DNA of 64,000 nucleotides, from positions 1 to 64,000 of the forward strand of contig NW_021831287.1 of NCBI RefSeq assembly GCF_006345805.1, given 5' to 3'. The notes below the pieces were generated by a model. The model did no database searches and was not told the origin of the DNA. It was given only the letters and a program-made list of their open reading frames with translations. The position numbers and the translations under genes were made by a program. The stretch is from Octopus sinensis (taxonomy: Eukaryota). Below, in pieces: positions 41,600 to 53,759 of the stretch (position 1 is its first letter; every line of letters starts with the position of its first letter).

Positions 41600-42070
41600 A
41601 GATTTTTGCAGGCATCAAGGAATTGTTGTATGCTAGACGGAATGACAATCTTTCCTTTTCGGGACGACAAGTGCCTCGTCTGGGATGCTACGTGCATCGA
41701 CTCTTTCTCTCCATCGGCAATCATGTCATCTACCACTTCCCCCGGGTCCGCTGCGGAAAAGGCTGAGACGGCCAAAATTAAAAATACCAAGAACTTGGAC
41801 GCCGTTTTATATTCGTGCCAATCGCTTTGGAGACATCGGGCGTCGCAGGGCCTCTAACCTCGGCCTTCATCGACATTGGGAGGAAATTGGCCCACAGAAC
41901 GAAAGAGCCACGCGAGGTTTCGTGGCTATTGCAGCGGATATCCATCGCCATTCTCCATGGCAACACGCATGCGGTACTTTCCGCAGGAGGGTGCGTGCTT
42001 TAGCCCCCCCGGAGTTTCCCCTCTGCACATTCCTAACTTTATTTTTTTTCTCCCAACTTTGGGGTTATAC
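41600..42070 (+). mobile_element. CRE-clade RLE-domain fragment
   Basis: DGMTIFPF...CLVWDATCIDSFS, PIALETSGV and REVSWLLQRISIAILHGN. Confidence 0.85.
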
Positions 42071-42311
42071 TCTTTAATATAGTGCAATAATATAGGAAAA
42101 TAGTATAAACATCATGTGATTCACAAGTGGCTTCGAAATTATATGTGCATGTTAAATTAATTCTTTCAGTATTGAAGTGGCTTATAGATTTTACGGATTT
42201 GAATCAATTGATTAAGCCATTGATTATTTCTATTCAAATTGATCTATTAAATTTAAATCGAAATCGGTATATATGAATTATAAATACTTATTTATATATT
42301 TCCGACTGTCA

Positions 42312-42662
42312 ATGGCTATTAGATATTTTATACCCCCTAACTCTTCATACTTTTACGAATGTAAAAAATGTTTAATCCCCTTCGCCAACTTGGACGACAT
42401 CACATCAGCCGAATTCACAAGAAGAGGAATAAAGTCATACCAATTCTCAAAAGTGGTCAACATCAAGTTTGGGAAGATTTTTGACACAAACATACGATCG
42501 AAGCACTACCTAATACAGAATGCCTACTGCAGTGGCTGCCTCACCAAAGTTGGGTGGAGATACGAGTTCACGTTCAATGACGAGGAACAGCACAAGGAGG
42601 ACATGACTATCATCAACAAAGCCTATGTAATCCATCACGTCGATCCGAATTGTAAGGAATAA
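42312..42662 (+). CDS. YPEL: Yippee-like protein, divergent and intronless
   Basis: Two CxxC pairs (CKKC, CSGC), F.KVVN and VGWRYE.....Q.KE match the Yippee family; 116-aa ORF. Confidence 0.82.
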   Translation: MAIRYFIPPNSSYFYECKKCLIPFANLDDITSAEFTRRGIKSYQFSKVVNIKFGKIFDTNIRSKHYLIQNAYCSGCLTKVGWRYEFTFNDEEQHKEDMTIINKAYVIHHVDPNCKE

Positions 42663-42689
42663 TATTACTTCTTGTTTTATCACTTTTTT

Positions 42690-43800
42690 AATTTGTGTGG
42701 TCTAAATATTATTTCTACCTGAGGCGGAACTAGCAACTCTCTCTGATCCTTAAACCTCCTCCCAATCGACAACCCGACCTCATTAAAGAACGAATGAGTG
42801 TTTTTTACAGCGACTCCAACGATCTCCGGGGCAATTGGTTCAACACGGTAGCGGTTCGCCAGGGCTGAATACTTTTCCAATTTTATCTTTTCGGAGTTGA
42901 TTGCAGCCGAACGATGGTTCGCAGGGGAAGAGACAAGTCCCTTTTCGTCAACGGTCTCCCACATCTGCAGCGGTGTTTATCACATTCGTCCAAACCGAGT
43001 CGGTAAGCGACACCGATCCGGATGACAACATCATCTAGCCACGTCTCAATACTGGAGAGCCAAAAAGAATTCAGTCAGCTGCCAGAGTGATGGACTGATG
43101 CTGCAAGGAGACAAGCTAGCCGGTGTTGGTAAAAGTTTACCGAAAGCTCAGACACACGAGCTCTACATGCGACAAGTCCCAGGCACGTTGGGAGGAAAAC
43201 TCTCCAAGCCTCTCAAAAAAAGGGCGATCCAGGTAGCAAGCCGACTAAACAGCGTACAGGCAAGATCCGAAAGGTTAGTGCAGGATCTCTGCACATCGAA
43301 AAAAAGAATAGATATGTCAGGAGTGTTAAATCGGATGCGATATGGATTTTCGCACCTCGGAAACTAGGAAGAGCAAACATTGGGCAATCCCAGAGGATCG
43401 AAGCGGACATTGATGACGGATTCAGCGGCTTTTTCAGAATGATGTCGTTTGCTGGGAGTAGATCCATTTGCAATAAACAGGAAGATCCATTTGCTTCTGA
43501 GAGTGAAGATGAGGTGGGCAGATAGTGCTGTTCCTCGGGCGGAAAAGGTAGTTTGTGAGTCCTGGATAGAAAGAAAGTCTCTGAAAGTATGCATCGGAGC
43601 TAAGGGTCGGAAAGGAGCCACAGAGGATGGTGACTCATCGATTCAGGCGGGACACAGCGTAAAGAAGTCTGCCTCAGAACAGGAGACGTTAATGATCTCA
43701 GTCTTCGTTGCGTTGAACGAAAGGCCGAGGACAAATAGGGATGTGACAATATGTTCGATAAAACAGATTGAAAGAGAGACAGAAAGTCGGGCTGCATAAT
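42690..43800 (-). mobile_element. Degraded CRE-clade element (RT C-terminus to RLE)
   Basis: IRIGVAYRLG...HRCRCG and EKIKLEKYSAL...PIAPEIVG; many frameshifts. Confidence 0.72.
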
Positions 43801-43846
43801 CAATTGAGAAAGAAAAAGAAGTAGTAGAAGCTGATTACATTAAACA

Positions 43847-43927
43847 GCCGACATGGCCGAGCGGTTAAGGCGGTAGCTTTAGGTGCTATTACGGAAACGT
43901 GCGTGGGTTCGAATCCCACTGTCGGTA
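43847..43927 (+). tRNA. tRNA-Leu, anticodon TAG
   Basis: Acceptor stem GCCGACA/TGTCGGT, D-arm GCCGAGCGGTTAAGGC, anticodon stem GTAGC/GCTAT with loop TTTAGGT, long variable arm ACG-GAAA-CGT, T-arm GTGGG-TTCGAAT-CCCAC, discriminator A, then a T-run terminator. Confidence 0.96.
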
Positions 43928-44235
43928 TTTTTTCAACCTCGAATTTTTAAAAACATTACCTATTTTAAATTTTTAAAAAAACTCGGTAAATATAATTTTA
44001 TACGTAAAGGATAATTTGAATATTAAATCGAATAAAATCGACATGTAAATCTTTCGATAGTGTGCAATTTGAAGCACTTGCAATCTGAGTCAAATAATAT
44101 TCTCGTTTTTGCTAATGTTTTAAAGGTCTATCTGAAAGATATTGTTTTATTTAGATTATGAAATTTATTATTGTTTTTAATAAACTATTTTGATTTAACC
44201 GCGCTTAAATTTGCTGTGGTGTTGAGTTGTTGTAT

Positions 44236-47200
44236 ATGGAAGAACGGGATTCATATTGGGCAGAATTGTACGATTCAAACTTTCTCTCCACCGACTTTTA
44301 TGATGACTCAACCACAAAGATCAACGAACCTAAAAAATACGACTGTGCTCAAAAAGGACTATCTGATACCACAAACTTACAAGAAAATACACATCCTGAT
44401 TTTCGAGAAAAAATGACATTAGCACTATCCTCCCTCAAAGAGAAATATGAAGGACTCGACCCAACTGCCTCCCAGAAATGGCTTTTTATAATGAACGGGG
44501 AGTTCCGTGATTACCAGTTCAACATTGCACAGAAGGCATTGTATCGCAACACTCTTGTCTCACTACCCACTGGTTTGGGGAAAACATTTATTGCAAATAT
44601 AGTCATGTATAATTTTTACAAGTATTCATAATTTGTGATTCTATTTTAGATGGTACCCACGTGGAAAAATTATATTTATGGCACACACAAGACCGTTGGT
44701 TAAACAACAGCTTGAGGCCTGTTTTGATGTGTTTGATATTCCCGCCAATGACGTGGTTCAACTAACCGGTTAGAATGTTCTGGAACGTTCTAGAACTTTT
44801 CAAGGAAGTAAAATGGTTTCTTTAAGGAAAGATGACTGGGAGACAAAAAGGGTCTTCTTTCTAACACCTCAAGTGTTTGTAAACGACCTTGTTCGTTATC
44901 CTTTCGTGGCCAAAGAGGTCAAATGTCTGATTGTGGACGAGGCACATAAAGCTCTGGGAAATCATGCCTATTGCCAAGTATTCCCATTCTTTGTGTTGGA
45001 AGGTTGTGAGACAGTTACTGACTGTGGGCTGTGAATTCAGACTTGTGGCTCTGACTGCCACACCAGGCAACTCGGTGAAGACAATTCAGCAGATAATTGA
45101 TAACCTATTAATTGGACATATTGAACTGAGGACAGATCAGTCGATTGATACTCGAAATTACTCATTTTCTCGCCTAGTTGAAAAAATAGAGATTTCCCTG
45201 TGTGATCATCCAATCGAGAATATTTCAACCCAATTTATAAAAGTAGAGTTGGGTGTCTGATTGGGTAGATTATGCACAGTCAGGCTGCCAGGTTATATGA
45301 AAACAACCTGATTGGACGACTCCAGCCTCGAGCCATTTCCAAATTCTACATTCTGAAAGCCCGGGAACAGTTTAGGAGGCAGAATAGTGCCTTTTCTGTA
45401 TATATAGTGTGGGATTGATATTTGTGGGTTAGAAGGTGATGCGTGGAGTATTGGAGGCTGACTTTGCCAACTGTATGAGTCTGTGTCATGCCTATGAACT
45501 ACTAATCATGCATGGACTTGTGTCCTTCAGAAATTTTTTCCTGTCAAGGGACACCCAATCAGGTCAGAAGGGGAACAAGACATGTCTGCTTTCCACATTT
45601 CCCGACATTAAAAGTTTATTGAGTAAAATTGATAGGTTGAATAATATAATCACTTTTAGCACCTGTGGACACCCCAAGCAACAGAAAGTTCTAGAAATCC
45701 TGGTTAACCACTTTGAAAACTCTCCCAATTCTCGAGCCATTGTTTTCTCTCAGTACAGAGATTCGGTAGAAGAATTGGAGGGAATTTTAAACAGTCGGGG
45801 ATTTCCCGCTATAAAAGCACGTGTTTTTGTAGGGCAGAAAGCTACTGGGTCATCTTGTGTGACTCAAAAAGATCAAATGAAAGTGATGGAGCAGTTTAGG
45901 GGCGGGGATTGCAACACACTGGTCTCCACGTGTGTGGGGGAAGAAGGACTGGACATTGGGACTGTGGACATAATAATTTGTTATGACGCAACAAAGTCCC
46001 CAATCCGCCTCATTCAACGAATTGGGCGAGCTGGGAGGAGGAGACCTGCACGTGTGTTTATGTTGGTGACAGAGGGAAGGGAGAACTCAGTTGAGTCCAA
46101 ATGGATTAATATAGATGTACATCAAGTGTATTGAGAAGAGGAGAGTAATCACGGATGCCATTGTCGACCCCTCAAAGTGCCTTACCCTCTACCCCAACAC
46201 CCCGAGGATGATTCCCCCCAATATCACCCCCACTGTCCACAAGATTACCATCCAGCCCACTTTATATACCCAACCGTAAAGTGTCATAATTATGATAGTT
46301 CTAAGCGAAAGTTATCGCTTACTCAAACAAAGAATAAATTGGCCAAAAAAAGTGCAGAACAGTCAATTCCCCCAGAAAACATTGCCTTCCTGGAAAAGTT
46401 GGTGAGAGATGAGAATTACACTCAGTTGGAGGGGTTGTTTAAGAGGGACTGTCTTGTCTTTAAGCCAGTTGTGTTTGTGTGGTATTGTTAGAATGCATTA
46501 AAACGAATTGTACATTTCGCAGATACAAGTGGGAATGTGTTGTGGAGTGGGGATGCTGGACATTCCTTCCTCGTGCGGGGATATCTCCTTCTTAGAAATC
46601 AGTTAATTGTTATGGATGGACTGGAGACTGGCTCGTTTGGTGACAGAAATAAGACTCGGGATGAGTCATTGATCACTAGACCGAGGAAGAAGACATTGAG
46701 GATATTCAGTGATGATGATTCTGATGACTGTGGGGATTTGGTTGCACAAGCAATGAACAGAATTACTTGTTCTCCTATCCTGTCCTCCAAAGTCAGGCGA
46801 AATGCCCCTTCCGTTGACAATCCCTCCAAAGTGGAGTGTCCTTCTCTGCAAAATGAAGTGGTTCGTTCACCTGAAATAGTGGGGGAGAATATAAATGTGG
46901 ACAGTCCTTCGTTATTTTCAAATAATGCAGTAGTTTTATTTGATTACATAAGATGGAGGCCTCCCCTTGTTTCAAAAATGACTTGTGCTTTGACTTTGGG
47001 TATATTGTCTCACCTCCACTCCAATCCACGCCTATTCATAATGTTTTGGTTGTTTATTATTGATAGAATGTTATTGCTGATTCTCATTGTGTTGAGAATG
47101 CCTATTGTGAAGAGTTCTTTGGTGACGATGTCATTGGGAAATCTATCAAACTGGCTACTGAGAGTGAAGATGATGAATTTGATGGTTTTGTAGACTATTC

Positions 47201-48338
47201 TTCTTATGAAAGTGGCATTAATAATCTAATTTAGTGGATTGGGACGAGCATTGTGACTTGAATGCGTTTCATTTGGATGCAATGAGAGACATTAAGGACG
47301 AGAATTGCGAATTTCTTCCGCAGAAAACATATATTCCTAATAATCTACAATATTCGCAAATCCCAATTCAAGATGCTGATTATGATTATGACAGCTTTGT
47401 GGTTCCTGACTCCGAATGTTCTGAGGAATCACTTCCTCCCCCAAAGAGGAAACGACGGGTAATTTCTTTCTCTTCTGGAAGTGACGAGAAGGTTCTAGAA
47501 AATCCCGTGATTCAGGTTGATTCAGTGATTAATATTTGTAGGATGAAGTGGTTAACCCAAATGGATATTTTATTTATGCCGATTCTTCAAAAATATATTT
47601 ATTTCACGTGAGAACTATTTTTATTAACTTTTCGTAGGAGTTAATTGGAATTCTTAGGTTTAAAATGAATTTCAACGTCCATCTGTGTCAGTTAGAGTAC
47701 TGCCATTTTGCACTCACTCCAAAAGTGGCCTTGTTTATAATAAACGTGGATTTGGGTTGATTACTATTATATAATTCTAGAGAGTGACAAACCCAGAAAA
47801 CAACTTTCAAGCGACGTGATTGATAAATTAATTGACGATATCAACAGGACTGCTGATTTATACGACAAAGTGTGGGTCATTCTCGAACTCCCCGAGAACC
47901 AACCGAAGCCACGTTCTGTCGATCGTCTACTTTGCAGTGTCGTAATGTCGGAGGCAATGTTACTCCAGTCTAATTCAATTGGTATGACTTGAGAGTGTTA
48001 TTAGTGAGATACCACAGCAGAGTATATTCGTAGTATCCACAAGTCATCTGCCTCATGTCCATCTATAATTTGGTCGGAGAATGATTTGGTATGAATAATG
48101 AGTGTAAATGCAGATATTCAAGTCGTTGTGTTCTTGTGGTGTGATGAATACTCCTTCGTTGATGGTCTTAATGAGCAAGTTCTCGGTGCATGATGTTATT
48201 ACTGGGTTGGGGTGTCGTAGGTATTGTAGGGATTTGGAGGTTATTGATAATGTGACTCAGGTGGGACTAAGTCGATTGAAGAGACTTAGGGAATTGATTT
48301 GTTATCGCACCATGCCGGAGATGACTCCAATTTATTAA
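44236..48338 (+). CDS. FANCM: Fanconi anaemia group M helicase (DEAH helicase + C-terminal ERCC4/HhH)
   Basis: RDYQFNI..KAL..NTLV.LPTGLGKTFIA, FLTPQV, VDEAHKA, ALTATPG, IVFSQYRDSV, STCVGEEGLDIG and SPIRLIQRIGRAGR; degenerate ERCC4 region near the end. Confidence 0.93.
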
Positions 48339-48499
48339 TGATGTATAAATATATTTTGTTTGTGACTGTCGTCGTGTAATGAGGAGATTTTGGGGAAATA
48401 TTTGATTAATATTTTCACTTGTTCTGGTTAAACTGTACAGAGCACAGTCAACAAGATCAAGTCATTATTAGACGAAACATAATTAAGTCTTTTTGAGCT

Positions 48500-49480
48500 A
48501 TTGAATTAATTATGTGATTCAAAAGTTGAGCCTGCGATTAACACTTTATAATGAACTATTAGGTTGGTGAAGTAGTAATACAGATTTGTCGAGGTGTCTT
48601 CAATACCATTTTTCGTTTATTATATCTGATAACATCTCGAACGGCGAAATGCAAACAACTCAAAAAACTATTTTGATTATTTCATTGTCTATGCCACTGT
48701 TTAAAAATCAGAGTATTCAGTCAGATAGAAAAAATCTATCTTTATTTTCTGTCTGTGTTCAATGAGCATACTTTCCTGCGTTCTCTTTTGCACAACCGAC
48801 TGCATGCACGTCTTCGTTCCTTCTTCAATTAATAACTTATGAGTAAAATTTTACCAAATAAGTGCATTGATATAAAAAATTTTGACAGTCTGCAATTAAA
48901 TTCAAACAGATTGATTTGTCGTCGGCAATTAACGTTGAAATATTCCCTTCATTACTAGAACAAACAGCCATGGTGTAAACAAAGTGAGATATGATCATGC
49001 TACTCTTTATTATTGATAACTGTTTCATCAGACTAGAATCCTGCAAACATCATGAACGTAATATCATAGTAGGAAAATTATCTCTTTTCCAGAGTTTCCA
49101 ATAACAACCTTCTTGAAAAAATAATCAAAGAAACAACTCTTCAAATAGAATTCTAAAATTTAGTTGTTTGAAAGTTGTTCCCGACTTCGTCTGACATATA
49201 AGCTTTCAGAATTATAATCAATTTGTAAAAAATACAAATATTGTGGAGATCAATTCCATAAATTTCGCCATATCTGAGAAAAGAAATCGGTCTGTATCAT
49301 CAATTGGAATGGAATCGTAGCCAGCTGTCCCGAAAAAAGAATTCCCTAAGAAAAACAAATCCCTCTGGATGTATAGCATTTTTGCACGATCTACGAACAA
49401 ATTTTCCTGTTTTCTCCAACTGGGATCTTTATGGGATGGCAGGATGTGGCTATTTCGTATGTGAAGGTTGAGTGTTGAAT
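48500..49480 (-). mobile_element. Highly degraded DNA-transposon relic, possibly Mutator-like
   Basis: Only a weak ES.HN...N.RLD-like motif among stops. Confidence 0.25.
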
Positions 49481-50399
49481 GGGAGTACCTAAAAGTTTAG
49501 GGCAGTGAGATCAATCCAAATAATTTTTCCATTTACACATTTTAGTTCCTATTGAAGACAGTCAGTTTCCTATGAAGTGGAGGAGTTCTAAAGAAGAGAT
49601 ATTTTTAGAATTTTATTTTGTTCCTCAGATTCAAATCATGGAAAGTTCAATACTAATGAAATAAATATAAATACATAGATTAAAGTGTGTTAATAATTTT
49701 TTGCTCCTATATTCTTTTTGGTCAAAGGCAGGTGTATTTTAGTTCTTTCAGAAAAGGTATCCTACTTTTGTCAATAGCTTCATTAATAGTTTTTTCCGAG
49801 CTATTCCAATTTTGGAGATTGTCATTCCCAATTTCGCATTTAACGCGTGGGATTTGAAGTTTTCCCGGCATCGCCAAAAAACAAAAATAAAGTGTTTAAG
49901 CTCAAATAAAGTAACAGCTTATAATTTCCACAACAAAAACTATTTCTGTGCGCATTTTTCATTTCCCGGAAAACTGACAGAAGTTTCCTGGCAATTAGCG
50001 CGCTTTTGAGTATGCAGACAAACCTTTAAATCTCACCATTTTTGGGACCAGCCAAATCTTGGCGAGATTTAGAATTTGGCATGCATTTGCACTTTCGGTT
50101 GTTTATCAAAATTATATACGTAATTGAATGATGATTAATTATTTATGTTTTAAAATTGTAAAAAAGTTAAGAAATCCACAAATTGTTTTAAAAAGTTGAT
50201 GAAAATAAAGATCCATCTCAATGAAACTATAATCAATTAATTCCGATTGTTCTATAGGATTCAGAATTATAAGCGGCATGACCATTTAATCGTAATTCTC
50301 AATCTTTATTTCTGTTTCTGGCGCCTGATTTTCACATGTAATTTATTCGGCATGTCCGCTAAATAACATTTTTCCATTCAAAATATGTAAATAGAAGAT

Positions 50400-51074
50400 C
50401 TTGACTTAAATTCAGCAATTTATGTAAATCGACATGATCAGTTTCATTGTCAATTTTGTCCAACATCGCCTCAAATTAAAATTTTTTGCTAACCAGTCAT
50501 TGCTAGTCTTGAAATCAGTAATTCCATATAGAACTGCGACTTTGTTTGCTTTCAAACAAAAAAAATTGTCGTTCATGAATCCGCCACAAAGTTCCATTCA
50601 TGTCATAACTTTTGTATCAATAGTTGAATATTTTAAATTGAATTGGCGTTTTTGCTTAAGAAAAGAGGATCACTGTTAAGTATTTTTTGTTCCTCAAGCC
50701 TGAGATCATTGGTTGATCTCTGTGAATTTTTTTTCTTATTATTGAAGAAAAAACAGCGGCTATATGTTCCATTGTAATATGTTTTTTATTATCGATGTAG
50801 GATATTATGCGTTTTTTTATTAAACGTCAGTCTAGTACACTTGCGCATTTTTTAACTCCCCAAAATTTTTCTGATAATAAAAAATAGTGGCGAGATTCAA
50901 AATTTTCTTTAGAAAGGTTTCTTTAGAAATTTGTCTCTCAATGATGCGAGCCGGTACTTAATAACTAGCTTATTCCGTTTTCCTTCTTATTTATACAAAT
51001 TATTCAAAACATTGTTTCAATTTTCTTGAAAAATGTAGCAAACAATGGAGTAGCGAGTAATAGAGGTTTGACTG
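50400..51074 (-). mobile_element. pogo/Tigger-like element 5' part with terminal repeat
   Basis: FKTSNDWL (pogo FKAS.GWL motif) in a CENP-B-like HTH; terminus TA|CAGTCAAACCTC at 51074. Confidence 0.65.
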
Positions 51075-51559
51075 TATATCAGATCTAAAAAGAATTAATT
51101 AGACTTAGCATACGTCACTTGCTAAGCATATATTATATTTCGATTCACACAAAACCATTTTTGCTGGAATAGGGTGGTTTAACTGAATGTCAGACCATCG
51201 ATAAGGGCGGTCATATCACCAAAATATAGACCGCAGAGCTTAAAAAGGTCTCAACATCGGAGGGAAAAAGGCAATGAGGTAAACAGACAAAAAATGTTCA
51301 AAGTCTTTGGATAAAATTATTGCTCAGTCTACAATCCCAGTAAACTAGAAAACGTTTCTAAATCGACCTCATCATTGCCCGAATGCTGTGATTAACCAAA
51401 AAGAAAGATTCCAGGTCGATTAGCAGCCCTCTAGCATGTCTAACTTAAAACAGTAGAAAATGCAAGCCAACATCGAATACCACTATACAACATGAGAGTG
51501 CCAGAAAGAAAGAAATTATTCTGTGTGATATTCGTGAAATAAGGACCAAGTAAGAAATA

Positions 51560-52293
51560 TCAAGCCATAGGTTTAAGCATGGGGACAGTCTTCTTTGAGC
51601 CGCAGGTGCTACAAACGAGAAAGACGAGTCGACTGCTCTTCTCTAGAGCAGTGACCGGGGACTTACACATGTGGCACGTGACGTATTCCTCTAACAATGA
51701 CAAACCAGTCTTACTTATATACTTTTTGAGAATAGTCTCAATATTGAAATTGCGGATTTTCCCTTAATCAAAAACACCCCGTTCATGTCCACACTCCCCG
51801 TCGTGCCCAGTTCGGCCAACAGAAAGGCCCCCAAGTGGGCAGACTCGCGGTTTATCCTTCCACTCACACCACTCACTCACTGCTCGGAAATTTCCTTAAA
51901 GTTGCAGAATGCAGTCTTCTTGGTGCCCGACCGAACCACCTGGGGGGTCTCAGGACGAGTTGCTTCCTCTCCCCACTCACCATTTCCGGATTCTTTTCTG
52001 CGATGATGGAATATATTCGGTCGATCATCTGCGTGAGGAATGGAATATACGAATTCATAGGTAAATCGGCCTGTCGAGGAGTTGCTCGTGTCGTTCTCGG
52101 CTTCCTCCACTTTTTCCACGACTGGACGGAATATGTCGCCCTCTCGTCTTTTCTTCTTCTTAAGTCCGCTGAATTCGTTGGTGACTGGCGGAGGATAGTT
52201 GGGGGGAGGCGGGTGGAGTACATCGCCCACCTCGAACTTGACTTGTTTCTTCTTTTTCTTAGTTGGCAACTCATCAACCACAAAATCAGTCAT
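51560..52293 (-). CDS. EIF2S2: Translation initiation factor eIF2-beta, one-base frameshift as assembled
   Basis: Two poly-Lys boxes, KNPEMVSGE..Q.VLRPPQVVRSGTKKTAF.NF, AFLLAELGT.GS, and Zn ribbon KEYVTCHMCKSP...C..C. Three introns of 22, 24 and 24 nt. Confidence 0.9.
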
Positions 52294-52538
52294 GCTCGTT
52301 TATTAATATTATTAATTTATTAATTATTAATATATTTCCATATTACTAGTTAATATTTCAGGAAATGTTCATAACCAAGTCTTCAATTCTTTTGAGGAAT
52401 GAAACAATAAAAGAAGTAATATGAATTATCAATAATTATAATTTAGTAAAATATAATTTATTGCGAGGTTTATTTTGTGCGTTGTGAATTCCTCACAATT
52501 TATTCCCTTGTGGAGACAACTCTAATACTCATAGAAAC

Positions 52539-53671
52539 ATGGCAACCAACAGTTGTTCTCGAGTATACGCCGACGTGCTTGATGACAAATTGGAGGAGTA
52601 CTGGGACTACGAGTCTCTCTACATAAACTACGGGTAGTGGTGGTAGACCAATGGCAGATCCCCCGACAAGTACAGAATAATCCGGAAGATTGGGAGAGGC
52701 AAGTACAGCGAGGTGTTTTACGGAGTGGACTCAGTCACTTCCAACAAAGTGGTCATCAAAGTGCTAAAAGTACTGTCTGATATCACCCAGCCCATTCGGT
52801 ACACCAAAATACAGCGAGAAGTGCACATTCTGCGAAACGTGGGCGACCACGAGAACATAATCAAGTTCAATGAGATAACCAATTCGAAAGAAGTAGTCCT
52901 CCCCCTCATTGAAGGGTCACCGTGCCCTCATCTTCGACTATGTCCCCCACGACGTCCGGGTTGGGTGTGTGTGCTGACTGTAGGCCTTCGAGAACCCTTC
53001 CCTCCCGGAAATCCGCATGTTTATGTTCCAACTCCTGAAGGTAGTGCTGTGGGGGAGTGCAGGCCTTGGATTACTGTCATTCGCGGGGGATCATGCACAG
53101 AGACGTCAAACCTCAGAACCTCATCTTCAACCGAGCACAGCAGAGACTGTATCTCCTGGACTTTGGACTGGCTGAATATTATCACAAATATCAGGAATAC
53201 AACGTCCGGGTGGCTTCCCGACACTACAAGGCCCCTGAATTGCTTGTCAATTACATGATGTATGACTACTCGGTCGATTTGTGGGCTACTGGGTCCTGGC
53301 TGGCCGCACTGCTTTTTAGAATAGACCCCTTCTTCAATGGAAAGGACAATGTCAATCAGGTTGGTTTGCTGGTAGCATTCAGCTTGTGCGAGTGGAGAGA
53401 GTGTTGGGATTTGCAGAATTACAGGCATACCTGTCCAAGTACAATATCGAGTTGGACAGAAAGATATCCGCCGCCATCACCAGAAAGTGTCAATTCTTGT
53501 CATTGTAGACACAACCGACGTCCCTGGATGGACTTTGTTACTGAGGCCAACTATGCGCTCTGTCAGCCTGATGCCATTGACCTGGTCGACTCACTTCTCA
53601 GATATGACCACTCCACTCGCCCCACTGCCCTCGAGGCACTGCAGCATCCTTTTTTTACTGGAATGTCCTAA
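52539..53671 (+). CDS. CSNK2A1: Casein kinase II alpha, divergent, 7 micro-introns
   Basis: SRVYADV....EYWDYE, GRGKYSEVF, CHSRGIMHRDVKPQN, EYNVRVASR, YDYSVDLW and FF.GKDN..QL. Introns at human CK2-alpha positions. Confidence 0.9.
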
Positions 53672-53759
53672 CTTTTAATTCCCTTTGCTTTCCTGCTTTT
53701 TATGGCTGTTGACTCTTTATTTACTCATCCGAGATATTTAAATTAATTATATTTAAATA

